From assembly GCF_963506605.1 (NCBI RefSeq), contig NC_083279.1, positions 70,618,001 to 70,682,000 on the forward strand: a stretch of 64,000 nt of DNA, in the 5' to 3' direction. The notes beneath the pieces were generated by a model. It worked only from the letters and a program-made list of their open reading frames with translations, made no database searches and was not told the origin of the DNA. The stretch comes from Zootoca vivipara. Its lineage: Eukaryota. Both the position numbers and the translations under genes were made by a program. Positions 1 through 13,200 of the stretch are shown piece by piece (position 1 is the first letter of the stretch; every line of letters begins with the position of its first letter).

Positions 1-1225
1 TAAGACACAACACAAAAGGAAAAGTGGATGGGGAGGGAAGAGGGAAAATAACCAACTCGGACACTTCTTAAAGTTACAGAACTGATCTCAGTTGAGGAGG
101 GGCCAAATGGAGATGATCCCCATTTCTCTCTACACAACACGATAGCTTGACTCCAGATGTACTAACGCTAACGCTAGCCATACAAATTTTAGGAACCCAT
201 ATCTAAGATGAGATTTCCCAGCTTGCTATATGAAATTACTACAATGTTGAAACAGGTGGGCAGCCCACTTGGTACTGCGCCGGTACACAGATAAATTTCA
301 CAACAGAAAACTTGGTTCTTTGTCACTGTTTGTTTGACTGACACTGTTAAGAAGGAAATACATTTTGTACTGAGTTACAGCTTTTGTTTGTTAAAATGGT
401 TACTTACCCCTTACCTGGGAGTAAGCTCCACTGAATTCAACAGGACTTTCTTTTGAGTAGACATGGTTAGAACTGCATTGTTAAATCAGGGATGGAAAAT
501 GTGTGCCCTGCCAGAAGTTGTTCATGCCGGACTACTGACCATGCTGGTTGGGGAGAGTCATTGTCCTGGAGGGTCAAAGGTTCCCCATTCCTGAGCTAAA
601 TAAATTAACTGAATTGGGGTTCTTAAAAAAAAATAAAAATGGAGGGAAGGAAAACCCTGATCCCTAGAGCTTACTAGAAAAGATTGTCATAGGTCTGTTA
701 CCTTAAAGAGCGCCACACCTAACAGACATCAGATGCCCTTTTAAATGTGTTGTGTGTTTCTGTTTCTGTTTCTATTACGTATTTTGTGGGGGGGGGGGGT
801 TGTATTATGTACCACCCTGAGATCTACAGGTATAGGGCAGCATACAAATTTAATAAATAATAATAATAAAATAATAATAGATGGGCTCACCAAAATTGTC
901 AGGAGCTGAGCTTTTCAGTGGTGCTTCATGCCCTAGAAATTAGTTCTCTCTATACTCAGAAGAGAGAATTCAGCACAGTAGCCTCAGTGTTATGGAAAAT
1001 CCTTCCTGGTGGATATGCAGATGTCAACACTGTACAGATTGGGACAAGCAGTGAAGACATATTTATTTCAGCGAGCATTTTAGGAATGCTAATGTTAGTT
1101 GCTCTTTGTGCTCTGTTTTATCTATAGGTGTTTGATTTCTGCATTTCATTTTGCTGCAAATCCGTCGCGAGATCCAGGATTCTAGGCAATTCATACGCAT
1201 GCTAAATAAGTAATAATAACAATAC

Positions 1226-4200
1226 CTTGGTGCTCTGTTTGGTTGCTTCGAAGAGATCCACACTAAAAGCTGTACCAAAGAGGTACACCATAGGGTCACT
1301 GGTATCATTGGGTTCAGACAAGGTCAAAGCGCTGAGCTGCTCCTCCAAGGAGAGGGAGATGCCTTCACTATTCAGGTTAGCCGGGTCCAGAGCCTTCAAT
1401 GTTAAGAATACATATGGGGCATGGCAACTTTCTTACTGTCATTACATTTATATCCCACCTTTCCTCCAAGGATCTCAAGGTGGCCTACATGGTTCCTCCC
1501 CCTCTCCATTATATCCTCACAACAACAGCCTTGTGAGGTAAGCTAGGCTGAGAGATTGTGACTGGCCACCCAGGGTGCTGGGGATTTGAACCCTGGTCTC
1601 CCAAACTCCCAACTCTCTAACCACTACACACCACAGTTCTGAACCTGGTGCCTCCAAGCCTGTTTGCATAGTTACCGCTTTTAGCAAGGAAAGGTGGCAG
1701 CAGCACTGGCGGAGCCTCAGCAGAAGGGACAAGATGTGAATGGTGGTGGAGACGGGAGGAGCATCCTGGCGAGGCTTCCCCAAGGCGCCTTGTGGGTGGC
1801 ATCTAAACTGCTGCGCTCCTGTCAGAAGATGAAATGGCACAGGTGTCAGAGCAACAGATTCCCCGGAGCTACCATTCAGAGTTTCTTTAAGAAGGATCGG
1901 AAAAACCAACCAGTGAATATTTTGAACTTTTTTTTTGTATATAACTAACTGATAGAAATGGGAAGTCCTTTTTATCTAGTTTTCTTTCTTTTTTCTCTTC
2001 TGTTCCTCTCCTCTCCTTCCTTCCTCCCTCTTTTGTTTTCCTTTGTGTCCTCTGCTCTTGGGTCTTTACAGGGATTTTTCACACAAGAAGTTCAGGAAGG
2101 ACCCTGACTGAGAGGTGAGAGGATGCGAGCAGAAAGGAAAGCTCCCAGGCGAGAGCTGGGACGACCCACTACTTTGTGCGAGTCAAGGGTTAAGAGCTAC
2201 CTTTGAGACAGGAAAACTTTTAGTCAGGCAAAAACACTTGGGGGGGGGGTGCAAAGAAGAGCTGGCAAGGGGCACAGCTGGAAGAGGGGGATCTGTAGCT
2301 GTGGAGGAAGCGCAGCTTGGGAAAAGCCTTGAGGGCCAGATCGAGGGGGCTGGAGGGCCTCATCTGGCCCCTGGAGTTCCCATCCCCTGCACTGTATTCT
2401 GGAGATTGCTGAAATATATACTGTAGAATAGCTACAGAACGGGGCAAAATTAGCTGTGGGGGTGAGGCCGCCCTTATCACATCCTTTCTACAGCTGCTAG
2501 GGAGAGGGGCAAAGAGTTTAAATTCCAACCTTTGTCAAATGGGTTCTCCCCAGGGTGCTGTCCTGTACCCTGAGTCTCCTGCCGTTTGATGTAGGACTGC
2601 AGGGTTGACCTGGTTGAAGAAACCACAGTTAGATTTAGGCAGCTTTGCAACCCCCGTTTCCATGGCATATATTTACACATAAGCCCGATAAATGTAGATG
2701 GATGGGGACAACGTTGAGCACAAAAGGAGAGAAAACTGGAAAGAAGAGGCAGCATATTTTACTCCCAAAAGAACAGTTCTGTCCCCTTTTCAAAACAACA
2801 GAACACATTCTGTTCCTAGTATCATCTTGCTAACAACATGATAATGGCAGCAGCATGAACATGCCAGAAAATAAAGTCCTCATTTAAACTATCAGGAGAC
2901 TAACAAGAATTTAGGTCAATGAGGGGAAAAAATGCTTAGCATGTGAAAGCACTAAAGGGGGCAGAGGAGTACTATTCTCCCTTATTTGGCAGGTGTGAGG
3001 ATACTGAAATACTTTGCAGAGATATTATTACTAGGACCGCTTCTAAATTAATTAAGATACCACACTAGTGATATTCCTTTCATTAATAAATTCATTTATT
3101 TTGCTCTGCCTTTTTATAAACCACTTTGAAGTTTCTTCTAACATCAAAATGGTATATAAAATGAATAAATAGTATGCCACCCTACTACTAAATTAATTAA
3201 TACACCGCACTACCACCACTAATGAACTAATCAATGCACCACTTCATGTCCAAATTGGCTTCTAAGTGGTATGTGGCCAAGATGGTGATTCCTATTCCAT
3301 AGAGCGCTGGATTATCAGGAAGGGATGTGAGCAGAGCAGGTTTGCATCAGGAGGGCTACAGAAAGTGAGGTGATTGTGTACACTGTCCTTTACAGGCTGA
3401 AATGAACTCATTCTTAATTCCTTCACAGGCCTCTATCACACCTCGATCTTCTGAAAAGTACATCATACACTGATTGCTCATCTTCAGAGAGTTTTAGTCT
3501 GTGCAGTCGAGTGCTACGTTGAGGCAGCAATACCTAGAGAGAGAAAAGAAACAGACTGAAAAGTGTGTCAGTATAATTTGCACTAATGTGGCTTTTCAAA
3601 GAGACATCTCTCCTATGAAAGGTCCAGATGGCACATTTTGCTTTCTGCCCACCAGGAGCTGTAAGGATTCTATGCAGATTGAACACTGGCTCTTTTTACG
3701 CTTCTGTATTTTCATAAAATGAGCTTTTCTTTTCATTAAATTTATATTCACTTTTCTTTTTCTATCATTACATACATCTCATACCAATAACATTTATGTT
3801 ACATCACTTCTTCCCTCCCCTCCTGGGCTTCCCCCAACTTCCACTTCTGGTTTGTTTCCCTCTTGTTACATACTGTTTCTTAGAAGGCTACTATATCATT
3901 TCTTTTATTGTTTTAAATGTTTTTTGTTAATAAAGATGTGAGTATTTATTTAAATCCTGACATCAAGTCAATAGTCTTCCTTTGTTTCTGCAAGTACTGT
4001 ATATTCCTGCGTATAAGACTACTTTTTAACCCAGGAAAATCTTCTCAAAAGTCAGGGGTTGTCTTATACGCCGGGTTGTATTTCTTATATGGCGAGCATA
4101 TCCCAAACTCTATATTTTAACTGGGAAACTTGGGGGTCGTCTTATACGCCCAGTCATCTTATATGCTGGAATATACGGCATGTTATAAATGGTTCCCATT

Positions 4201-7200
4201 CTTTTTCAACGTTTTCTCAAAGTCTGTCCGTCAATTTTGCCAGTTCTGCATAGTTCATCAACTTCTCTTGCCATTGTTTTTTAGTTGGAATTTCTCCAGT
4301 CTTCCACTTTTGTGAGCTTTTCAGGCAGCCAAAACACAGCCTCAGTAAGTCCAAAGAGGCAAATATTGACAGGTGCTTAAAACCCCACTGTTTTAGAGTC
4401 CCTTTGTTAAGAATTTTTTTAGCAATGTACAGAACAGGGGTGGGTAGGTGTAAAACCAGGAGCTCACCAAGCCCTATTCAGTGGCCTGCCAGCCCCTGAC
4501 CCAGTTTACTGATGGCAACAGTACAGAATGAAGTGGCTGTCGTCTAGCAACTGCCGATGAGAGCAAATCAGAGCCAGAAAGGGGAAGGAGCTCTCTAGTC
4601 CAATGCTTCCAGAGTGCTGATGATGGTCATGTGCTCAGGAAACATCAGAGCAGATCAGGGCACTCCTTCCTGGTTCTGGAGTGCTCTGATCTCTTTTCAG
4701 CATCAAGAGCCAGAACACTTCATTTGCTGGTAAATGACACCGGCAGATGGAAGGAAAATGGCACATTTGGCTGCATGTGCAGAACAGCCCTAACAGACCA
4801 TCAGTGAAGAGAACACAAATCCAAGAGACAGACAAAAGGAGATGGGCCATCAATTACCAAAGGCTTGCCAGATGAGTCCAGCTGATCCTTAGTCCTTCGC
4901 AATAAGAGGCTCTTGGTTAAGAGGGTCAACCTCTCTCCTCCTTTTCTTGTATTGTTATCCACCTGATTCTTCCACACCTTGAATTCATCAAAAGGAGAGC
5001 AGCGAAGGAATCTAGGACGGCAAATGGCAGCAAGAGGAAGGCAGGAGTGAGAGGTGAAGTACAACCACTAGGCTCTATGGAATTGCAGTGGCCAGAAAAT
5101 ATTTTCCATCTAAAGGTGTTGGGACAAAAGTTAACACCTCCCCTTTTTAAGGTGTGCATCTTTCCTAAGGTGTTTTTAAATGTGCACATATTTTCTGAAG
5201 GTGTGCATCTTAGGAAAACAGGAATTTGATTTCTTTGCAGCATGTGTGACAGACAGTGAGAGAAAAACTTGCAAGTTTAAGGCCGATTTAAAAATATATT
5301 TGCAAATCAGAGTTAATCTACAAGGCATGATCATGAGCGTGTTCAACTCACCTTAGCAGGGCATACATATCCAAGAGGTTGTTCTGAATGGGTGTCCCAG
5401 TGACGGCCCACCTGGCAGTAGCTTGCAATTTACAGGCTGCTATTGAGGCCTGGACTTTGGGGTTTTTGATGTTATGGGCCTCATCCAGTATAATTCGAGC
5501 CCAGTGTATCCAGAGCAGGGGAGAGAAGGGAACAGACTTATCCTAGAGCAGAAAGTAGACCTGGTTTTAAAATGCAAGACTTGGAAGGAAAGGGGGCAGA
5601 GGTTAGCTGAAAAATAGTTTAATTTGGTCAGGGTCTGAGTTTATGACATTAGATTACAATTACTCCTTCTGTAATAAGGATTTAATATTTCAAACAAATA
5701 AAAACACTTCAATTTGGAAAAAAAGTATTTGAACTTGAGACTTAATTATTATTATTATTATTGGCCAAATTCTCCTCTTCTCTGCAATTACACAACTCAG
5801 GTGCGATGCATGATATCTTTGTTGTTAACTTGGCACAAACCAATCTGATGGCAAGGCTACCCACCATACGCATTTTAAGACTAAAATGCAGCTTTTATCT
5901 CAGCATCTCCTAAAAGCAAATCTGGCATGTTTTCAGTCACCTGCACAACGTGGTCATCAGCAGCAACTTCTCCTTCTTCCTTCTGCGTAGGGATTTCCTT
6001 GGCAAGAATACTGTAAGTAGTGACAACAATGTCGTATTCCGAAAGCCTGTGAAGAAGAGGAGAGGGAGAGCTGGTAAGCAATATGACCACTTTAGGATTT
6101 TAATCTTGATGCAGAATCAGTGTGGCTGCTTCACAAAAGGTCACTCTCAAGCTCACAAGCACCAACTGTACGTATGCTTGTTCAGAAATAAAGTCCATTG
6201 TGTCCAATGGGCTTACTCTTCAATAAGAGTGCTTGGAGCCACAGCCTGTGAATAACTCAGCACGGAGTCTTCTTAGCAACACAAAAGAAGGAAACAAAGG
6301 CAAACTCTGGGAATGCTCTCCCCAGAGAGGCTTGCCTGGCACCATTATTACAAGACATTCCTCTTTACCCAGACGTTTGGCCATTAAGTGTTCTATGGCC
6401 TGCTAATACTGGGGGACAGGCTCTTATTACGATTAGTTTATTATTATTCTGTCTCTTATTATGCTTTTATTACAGTGCTCCGTAAAATGTGTTCTTAATG
6501 TTGTACACTGCCCAGGGATCTTTTGATAAAGGGCGGTATATAAATTGAATATTGTAATAATAAACTTGACTCCTATCAACTGTGTGTATATTTTCTTGGC
6601 AGAGATGGGGAAAGGAAGAGACAAAGTAGAACACGTGGTGCCACAGAACTTGTATGTTGACACAAGAAAAGACAACACGCCCTGTAGATTCACCTCAGCC
6701 CATTAACTGATGAAGTACTTCTCGTTCGCTTTGTAAGGACGTGCAGTAATGGCCTCCAGCAACAAGATACACAAAGCAGGACAGAGCTGCAGAATGCCCA
6801 TTGCCCACATCTTATGTGCTTTTAGCTTGCACAGTTTCAAGTATACACAGGCAAGGTGAGGATGCTCTCGCGAGATCTCACAGGTCAGGTTGTCCCGCGA
6901 GGTCTCGCGAGAAAATCCCTACCAGTTCCAGAGCTAGCAAGGCTGAAAGCTTAAAAGCAGTCTCTGCACCAGGGTCGCTTTTTCCGTAAGTGTCAAAAAG
7001 ATGGGAGGGATGGTTCTTGCTGAACTTCTACTGGTAGGGAGTTCCAAAGGGCAGCACCTGTTGCACTAAAGGCTCAGTGTCTACTGAAGGCCAGCTGAAG
7101 CGTGGGAAACCATCAAAAGTGTCCCAAGAGAGGATCTCAGATGTGGAGCATAAGGAATTGTATGGTCCTTAAGGCACTTTGGGAGCACGTTGGGCTCAAA

Positions 7201-10200
7201 CAACAAAAAGGTGTTCTTTAGCTTAACTCAAGTGACTATGTTGTGCAATTCAGGATAGCTAAGCATTGGACCAGGCTAAGGCTCTTTAATTTCCAATGAG
7301 CTGGAAGCTGTGCACTTACACAGTCGTGTTCTTAATTCGGTTGGATCCATGGTACAGGCAGACTCTCAGCCTGCCGCTTCTGACGTGTCTTTCTACCTCT
7401 TTTTTCCAGTGGTGGATCAAAGATGCGGGGCAGACAATCAGCGTGCCGTGGGAAACGATTACAGAGATATCTTGAAATGCAAACATTAACAGGTAAAGAT
7501 GTTTCATGGTGTAATGTCTCGGTGATGCAGAAAAGATCATGCAGGCAGTCTTTGCTACATTTGCTTTCAAACCAGTAAGACAATCCCATTTTATTAAACG
7601 GTGAAAAACAAGAGCAGCTAAAATAGGTGGTATCTTGTTATTTCTGTACCTTGTCTTGATACTGAAAGCTCGAGTTTCTTCTCTTTCCCTTTGTCTTTCT
7701 GTAAACACTTCTGAACCAGAACAAGAGCAATCATTGTCAGAGTCTTCCCTAAGCCCATATCATCCGCTGGCAAGAAAAAGCAGCATAGAACAAAACAGAA
7801 ATCAGGGAGTGATAGACATGTTTGGTGCTGGATATCTTAACTTGCTGACTCAACTGTCTGGCAGGTAAAACTATTTGCTAGGTGCCCCACTGTGGTGCCC
7901 CGCCCTTCAGGGTACAGAAGGAATTGGATCTGACATGTAGAAAATGTTCATTCATCCAAGCATGGGCAACTTGTGGTCGTCGAAATGTTGTTGGAAGCCA
8001 CCTCCCATCAAGTCTAAGGCAACATGACCAATTGCCAGGGATTATGGGAGTTGCAGTCCAACAATATCTGGACGTTCACAAGCTAGTCAACAGGTTTATC
8101 CAAGAGAAGCTGTACTTGAACATTAAGACTGGAATCCTGTACACCCACCTTGAAGTAACCTGCATTGTAAGGATCTGTCCATTCTCACTAACAGCCTTCC
8201 ATCATCCAGGACAGGATGTTTGTAAATCCTTCAAGGGCCAGAGGACAGATTTGTGATGAACCCAAGGCCCTTTCCCAGAACTCAGATTAATATCTTATGG
8301 TGGAAGGGCCACACAACCTTCCTTTCACTCCCTTGTTCAACACAAAACCTAAAAGCAAAGCTCCTTTCATTACAATCTATCTGAAAGCAAACACCAGAAT
8401 CATATAATGTCTAATAGTTCCTTACCCAAAATTCCTCCACACGGTTTCTGACTCTCCCTCCAGAGAAGCCAAGCAAGCGCCTGCTTCTGATGCAGGAGCA
8501 AGGAGACCTGAGAAAGCCAGACATAAGACGCAGAATTAATGGCTTTTTCATGTATTTACTATCAATTACTACAGCTAGGATGGGGAACCTGAAGCCTTCT
8601 AGATGCTGCAAGACTCGAACTTCCATCATCCCTAACCATTGGTCATGCTGGCTGGCACTGACGGGTACCACAGGCTCCCTATCCCTGATCTCCAAGGTAA
8701 CCAGAATGGCATAAATGTCAGGTAATGAAATGCCTTTTTAAGAAAGGTACACTCAGACCTCTGTCTCAATAAAGTATAAGGTTTAGCTTAGAACAAGAGA
8801 CATATCGTTTATTTATAGAAATAATTTTATCCCATGCTTTCTCAAGCAGTTTACGCGGGATTCTTCAAAGTCAACCAGGTACCACCCAGATCCACAACCA
8901 CTTTGTTTTAGCAATAATACAGCATTGGGCATTCCCAGACCATTAAAACTGGGGTTATGCAATCAGCCTACAACTCTATGATTCCACAAACTAAGATAGT
9001 TGGGACTAGTCTGCCATTTGTTAATCTTCGTCACATTCTTTTTAAGAAGATGAGCACCACGGCACCTGTACAATTTAGTAAGATTCATTGCTCCCTATTG
9101 CTAGGCGACAGCAAACGTTTGTAGCTATTCGTTTCAAATGGAAAACGAGCCTCAAAGGGTTTTTACTGAAAGCAGCAGGTCACAGATGAAACTATTTCAA
9201 CCCCTTTCCATGATCTTTTTCTTGCCTGCACAAAAATCGCTCAACATTTGTAGGTGCACTGCTAACGCACTTCTTAACTTAGAGACATGTTGGGGAGAAC
9301 AGATTATAGGAAAAGCAAGCTGCACAACGCTTCTAATTTGTCCCAGCTCACCATTAACCCAGGTGGATCCTCAACCACGGTCTCCTCCTTCGGGCAGGAC
9401 TTAAGGGAACTGTGAAGCTGGTTGATTGCTTCGCTGGTGGCATCATACACGGCTTGGAGGCGATCTTCAGTCATTCGGCCTCCATAAAGGGCCTGCATAT
9501 GGGAATCCTCTAAGATACAGTAGCAGGGAAATTAGAACAGTGCTGATTCTGAAGGTGGTGTGATGTAGCGGTTAAGGCAGAACAGAAGTGTCATCAAGCA
9601 AGATAGGTTAAGCATTTGCATGGGGAAGTGTCTTCACTTAAGAGCACAGCTAAATATGCATTCATTCATTCATTTATAATAATAATTGAATTTATATACC
9701 GCCCTATACCCAGGGGTCTCAGGGCAGTTCACAAAATAAAATCAAGATATAAAACCACAAAATACATAATCAAAATAAAAATACATTTTAAAGGGGCACA
9801 GGATGTAAATCGGATCAACCAAAGGCCTGGTTAAAAAGGAATGTTTTTGCCTGGCGCCTAAAGGTGTATAATGAAGGCGCCAGGCGAACTTCCCTGGGGA
9901 GAGCATTCCACAGATGGGGAGCCACTGCTGAGAAGGCCCGTTTATGGAATGCAGTCTTCTTTCCTTCCTGCTAGTAAACGAAAGTGCCAGGGGCGGGGGG
10001 AAGCCCAATCTTCATATGATACTTGTAACAAAGCCATGTTGGAGTTCATCATGGCTGCCCCCTCTCCCACTTACCTCTATAAGCGCTACTGGAACACTGA
10101 CTAGATCCCAAAGGAGGGTGGAGCTCTAAGGAGCTGGCTACCTGATGCTCTCGGAATGGCTTTGGCCCTGTAACAGTATTTGGCTGTTCTACGGTGGTCT

Positions 10201-13200
10201 TGGAGAACGGATTGTGCAGTTTCTCTTCACGCTTACTGCTGTTCACATCTGCTGCTGTGCAAAAAACAGAGTGAAATGTGCAGAAAATTGTAAGTGGTAC
10301 AATCTTTCCTGGACAATACCAATTCAGGCTGCAAACGCTCCTCCGTGTTTTGTTTTGTTAAACCGGGGGTGGAGAACCTGCGGCCTTCCACCGACGGGAG
10401 AGGTAAACTCTTGGCGCTGACCTGCTCTGGGACACGAGCAGCTTATCTGACTTCCCTACCTGTCAGGGCTAACTCCAGGTTTTGGAGGACACTTCAGGAC
10501 CTGCTCTGTAAGTCTATCATCAGCTGCTCCTTTGTCCTTGCCACTTCTTGCTTGCCAGGCTGAGAGCCAATGAGCAAGCAGGCGGTGGCATCTACTGCCC
10601 CTTCTCCTCCTCACCACCATTGTCTGAGCCAGAGAGAGACAGAGAGGGAAATGCACAGATTGCAATGGTGAAAAGGGGGAGCAAACCGGGATGGGGGGCT
10701 GTAATCTGTGAGCCTTTCGCTGGGGCTCTTGACAGAGGCTTGATAGTGCCAGTCCTGCTGCTTGTTACCCTTCTGGAAGATCAAGAATGCAACTATGTAC
10801 TCAATGATAAAGGAAAATGTTTCTTCCTTAGGCATATGGAATGCTATGTTCATAATTCTGAATGAATAAGCTTACCTTCCTTTACACTTTCTTCGGCCTC
10901 CAGGTTCAGAGAACTAAGTGCTGCTTCCAGGTCCTGCACCTGCTTTAGTAACCGCTCGCCTTTATCGGGTAGAGCCTGAACATTCACAATTTTCAAAGTG
11001 TTCTAGAGAGAAGAGAAAGAAGAGGAGAGAAATGTGTTATTGACTACCTGAATGCTTAACTTCCCCGACTTTACCAGACGTTTTCTCCACAACAGCTTTG
11101 AAATATTTAAGAGTTACATACAAATCAGCCGGCAAGCAAGAATTTGGATGACTCTCATTTAATAAATGCTGTATGTACTCCATTGCATGCACAAGTCCAC
11201 AAATCCCCACGGACCTCCTCTGCTATGAACAGGTCAGTCACTGAGAGAACAGTGCTTGGTCCAACCAAGCAGACTGCTCATGTTCTTATCAGTGGAACAC
11301 CGGATTAGGGGATTGTTTCCTGTGAACTTCCAAGAAGGAAGAGTGCCACATGGCAACAAGCATGAAGGAAGCACACATAACTGGAACCAGCAAATAACTG
11401 AGTATTGGGGAAGTTGAAGAGAAGCTACTGCTCTGTTCCACTTTGCTGCTGCCCCTATTCATCCTCCCTTGGCCCACCTGGTGCAATTATTGCTGCCATC
11501 ATAGTCAGCCCCAGATATTTTGCTGCCTAAAGCAGAAGAGCAAATGATGCCCAAAATACACTTAAATCAAGGTGTTTAGTACACAGGGTGGCCAAGTTAT
11601 TGTGGCAGCTCAGGCAGAGAAGCCCGTAAGCTCCTCTCCCACACTGGCAGTATGATAAATCAAATAGCTAACAATTTGCTGCCCATCAACGTCACTCAAG
11701 CTTCACTGTGTCTAATGGGAGGGCTGGCTTCAGGTGGCATTTTATTTTATAGTCTTCAGAATAGTTTAGAGGGTTAAAATCGCCCAAGAAGTAAATTTAC
11801 TATAGTAACATTTTCAGACAGGGATCTGTGCATAGCTGCCAAGTTCTCCCTTTTTTAAAGGGAAATTCCCTTATGCTGAATAGGCTTCCTCGCGAGAAAA
11901 GTGAAAACTTGGCAGCTATGGATCTGTGATGTGGGGTAGAAAATTTCCAAGTGCATTAGGTTTCCCTTTTCCATTTAATAAGTGCATTAGTAACAGTGAA
12001 TGGATACCAATTGCAGATAGAGTATTAGGCAAGTTTTTTATCTTTGATAAATATGAGTAAAATAAACATGATAAAGTACTGGTACATCACTGTAGCATCA
12101 GAAAATTTCTGGATGCAAATTAACCTAATTAGCAATTCACAAATTTCCAGAACACCCACATCGCTGATTTGGATATATGGACAGTATTTAAATGCTTTAT
12201 TGTTAACTGCTTCTTTTAAATATTTCTGGGGGGAAGAGGGACGACTATATGTTGGCTAAACTGCATATTCATTACAAAGCTTGTGGGCTTCAGACAAAAT
12301 GTGTGCAACACACTTTGTGTGACACTGGCCTTAGGCAAAGTCTGAGCACCTTCATCTACGGCTGCAATACATTAATGGTTCATAATTTTTGTAAAACTAA
12401 CCCAGTTTTACCAAAGCTCAAGGAGTTGCTATTTTGATACGGGAAGCCTTTGGCGATCAGGTACAGAGAGAATAAGCAAGTGTATGATCAAAACAGAGAC
12501 CTTTTTCTGCTTCAGCTGAGCTGAAAGTTGACTATGAAGAGCTTTGGAATCCACACTTTCTGCCATTTGCAAAGAGGCCTTTTCGTGTGATGTGGAAGAC
12601 AAATTCTTTTGCCTGCAATCCTTCCGCTGGTGGGAATCCAATTCCTGCCCAACAGGCAATTTGGAAGATACAAATCTGTCACGTTCATCACTGCTGGCAT
12701 TTTTACCAGATCTGCTTGTATCTTCTGGAGCCATTTTCAATTGTAATGGTTTCTCTGGGTTTTCTTTAGGGTGCACCGCTGGCAAGCCTGTTAATTCCTG
12801 AACAGTCACAACTTGCCTGGGCATCAGTGTTGTCTCTTCGGTTCCCCAGTTGTTACTTGTCTTCATTTTTACTGCTTTGTCCCTGCAGGTTTCTGATCCT
12901 CTCCTTCCAAGTTGTGCCTCATTAATAGGCTTTACACCTAATGCTTGGCCACTGAAGCTGGGCAATGACTGCTCTGGACTTTCCTCTTTTTCCAAGCCAT
13001 ATTCAGAAGATCTCAGAGCTGAATCCTGCCTTGTGTGTCCAGAAGTTGTCTCAAACTTTTTGCTAGAACTACATTTGTCTGTATCCAAAAATACTGGCTT
13101 TTTAATTTCAGCTGTGGACTCACTTGCTTTTGTTTCCGCTTCTATTCTTTCCTTGGGTGATTTTTCTCCCAACTTTTTGTTCTTGATCTTCTCTGGGGCT

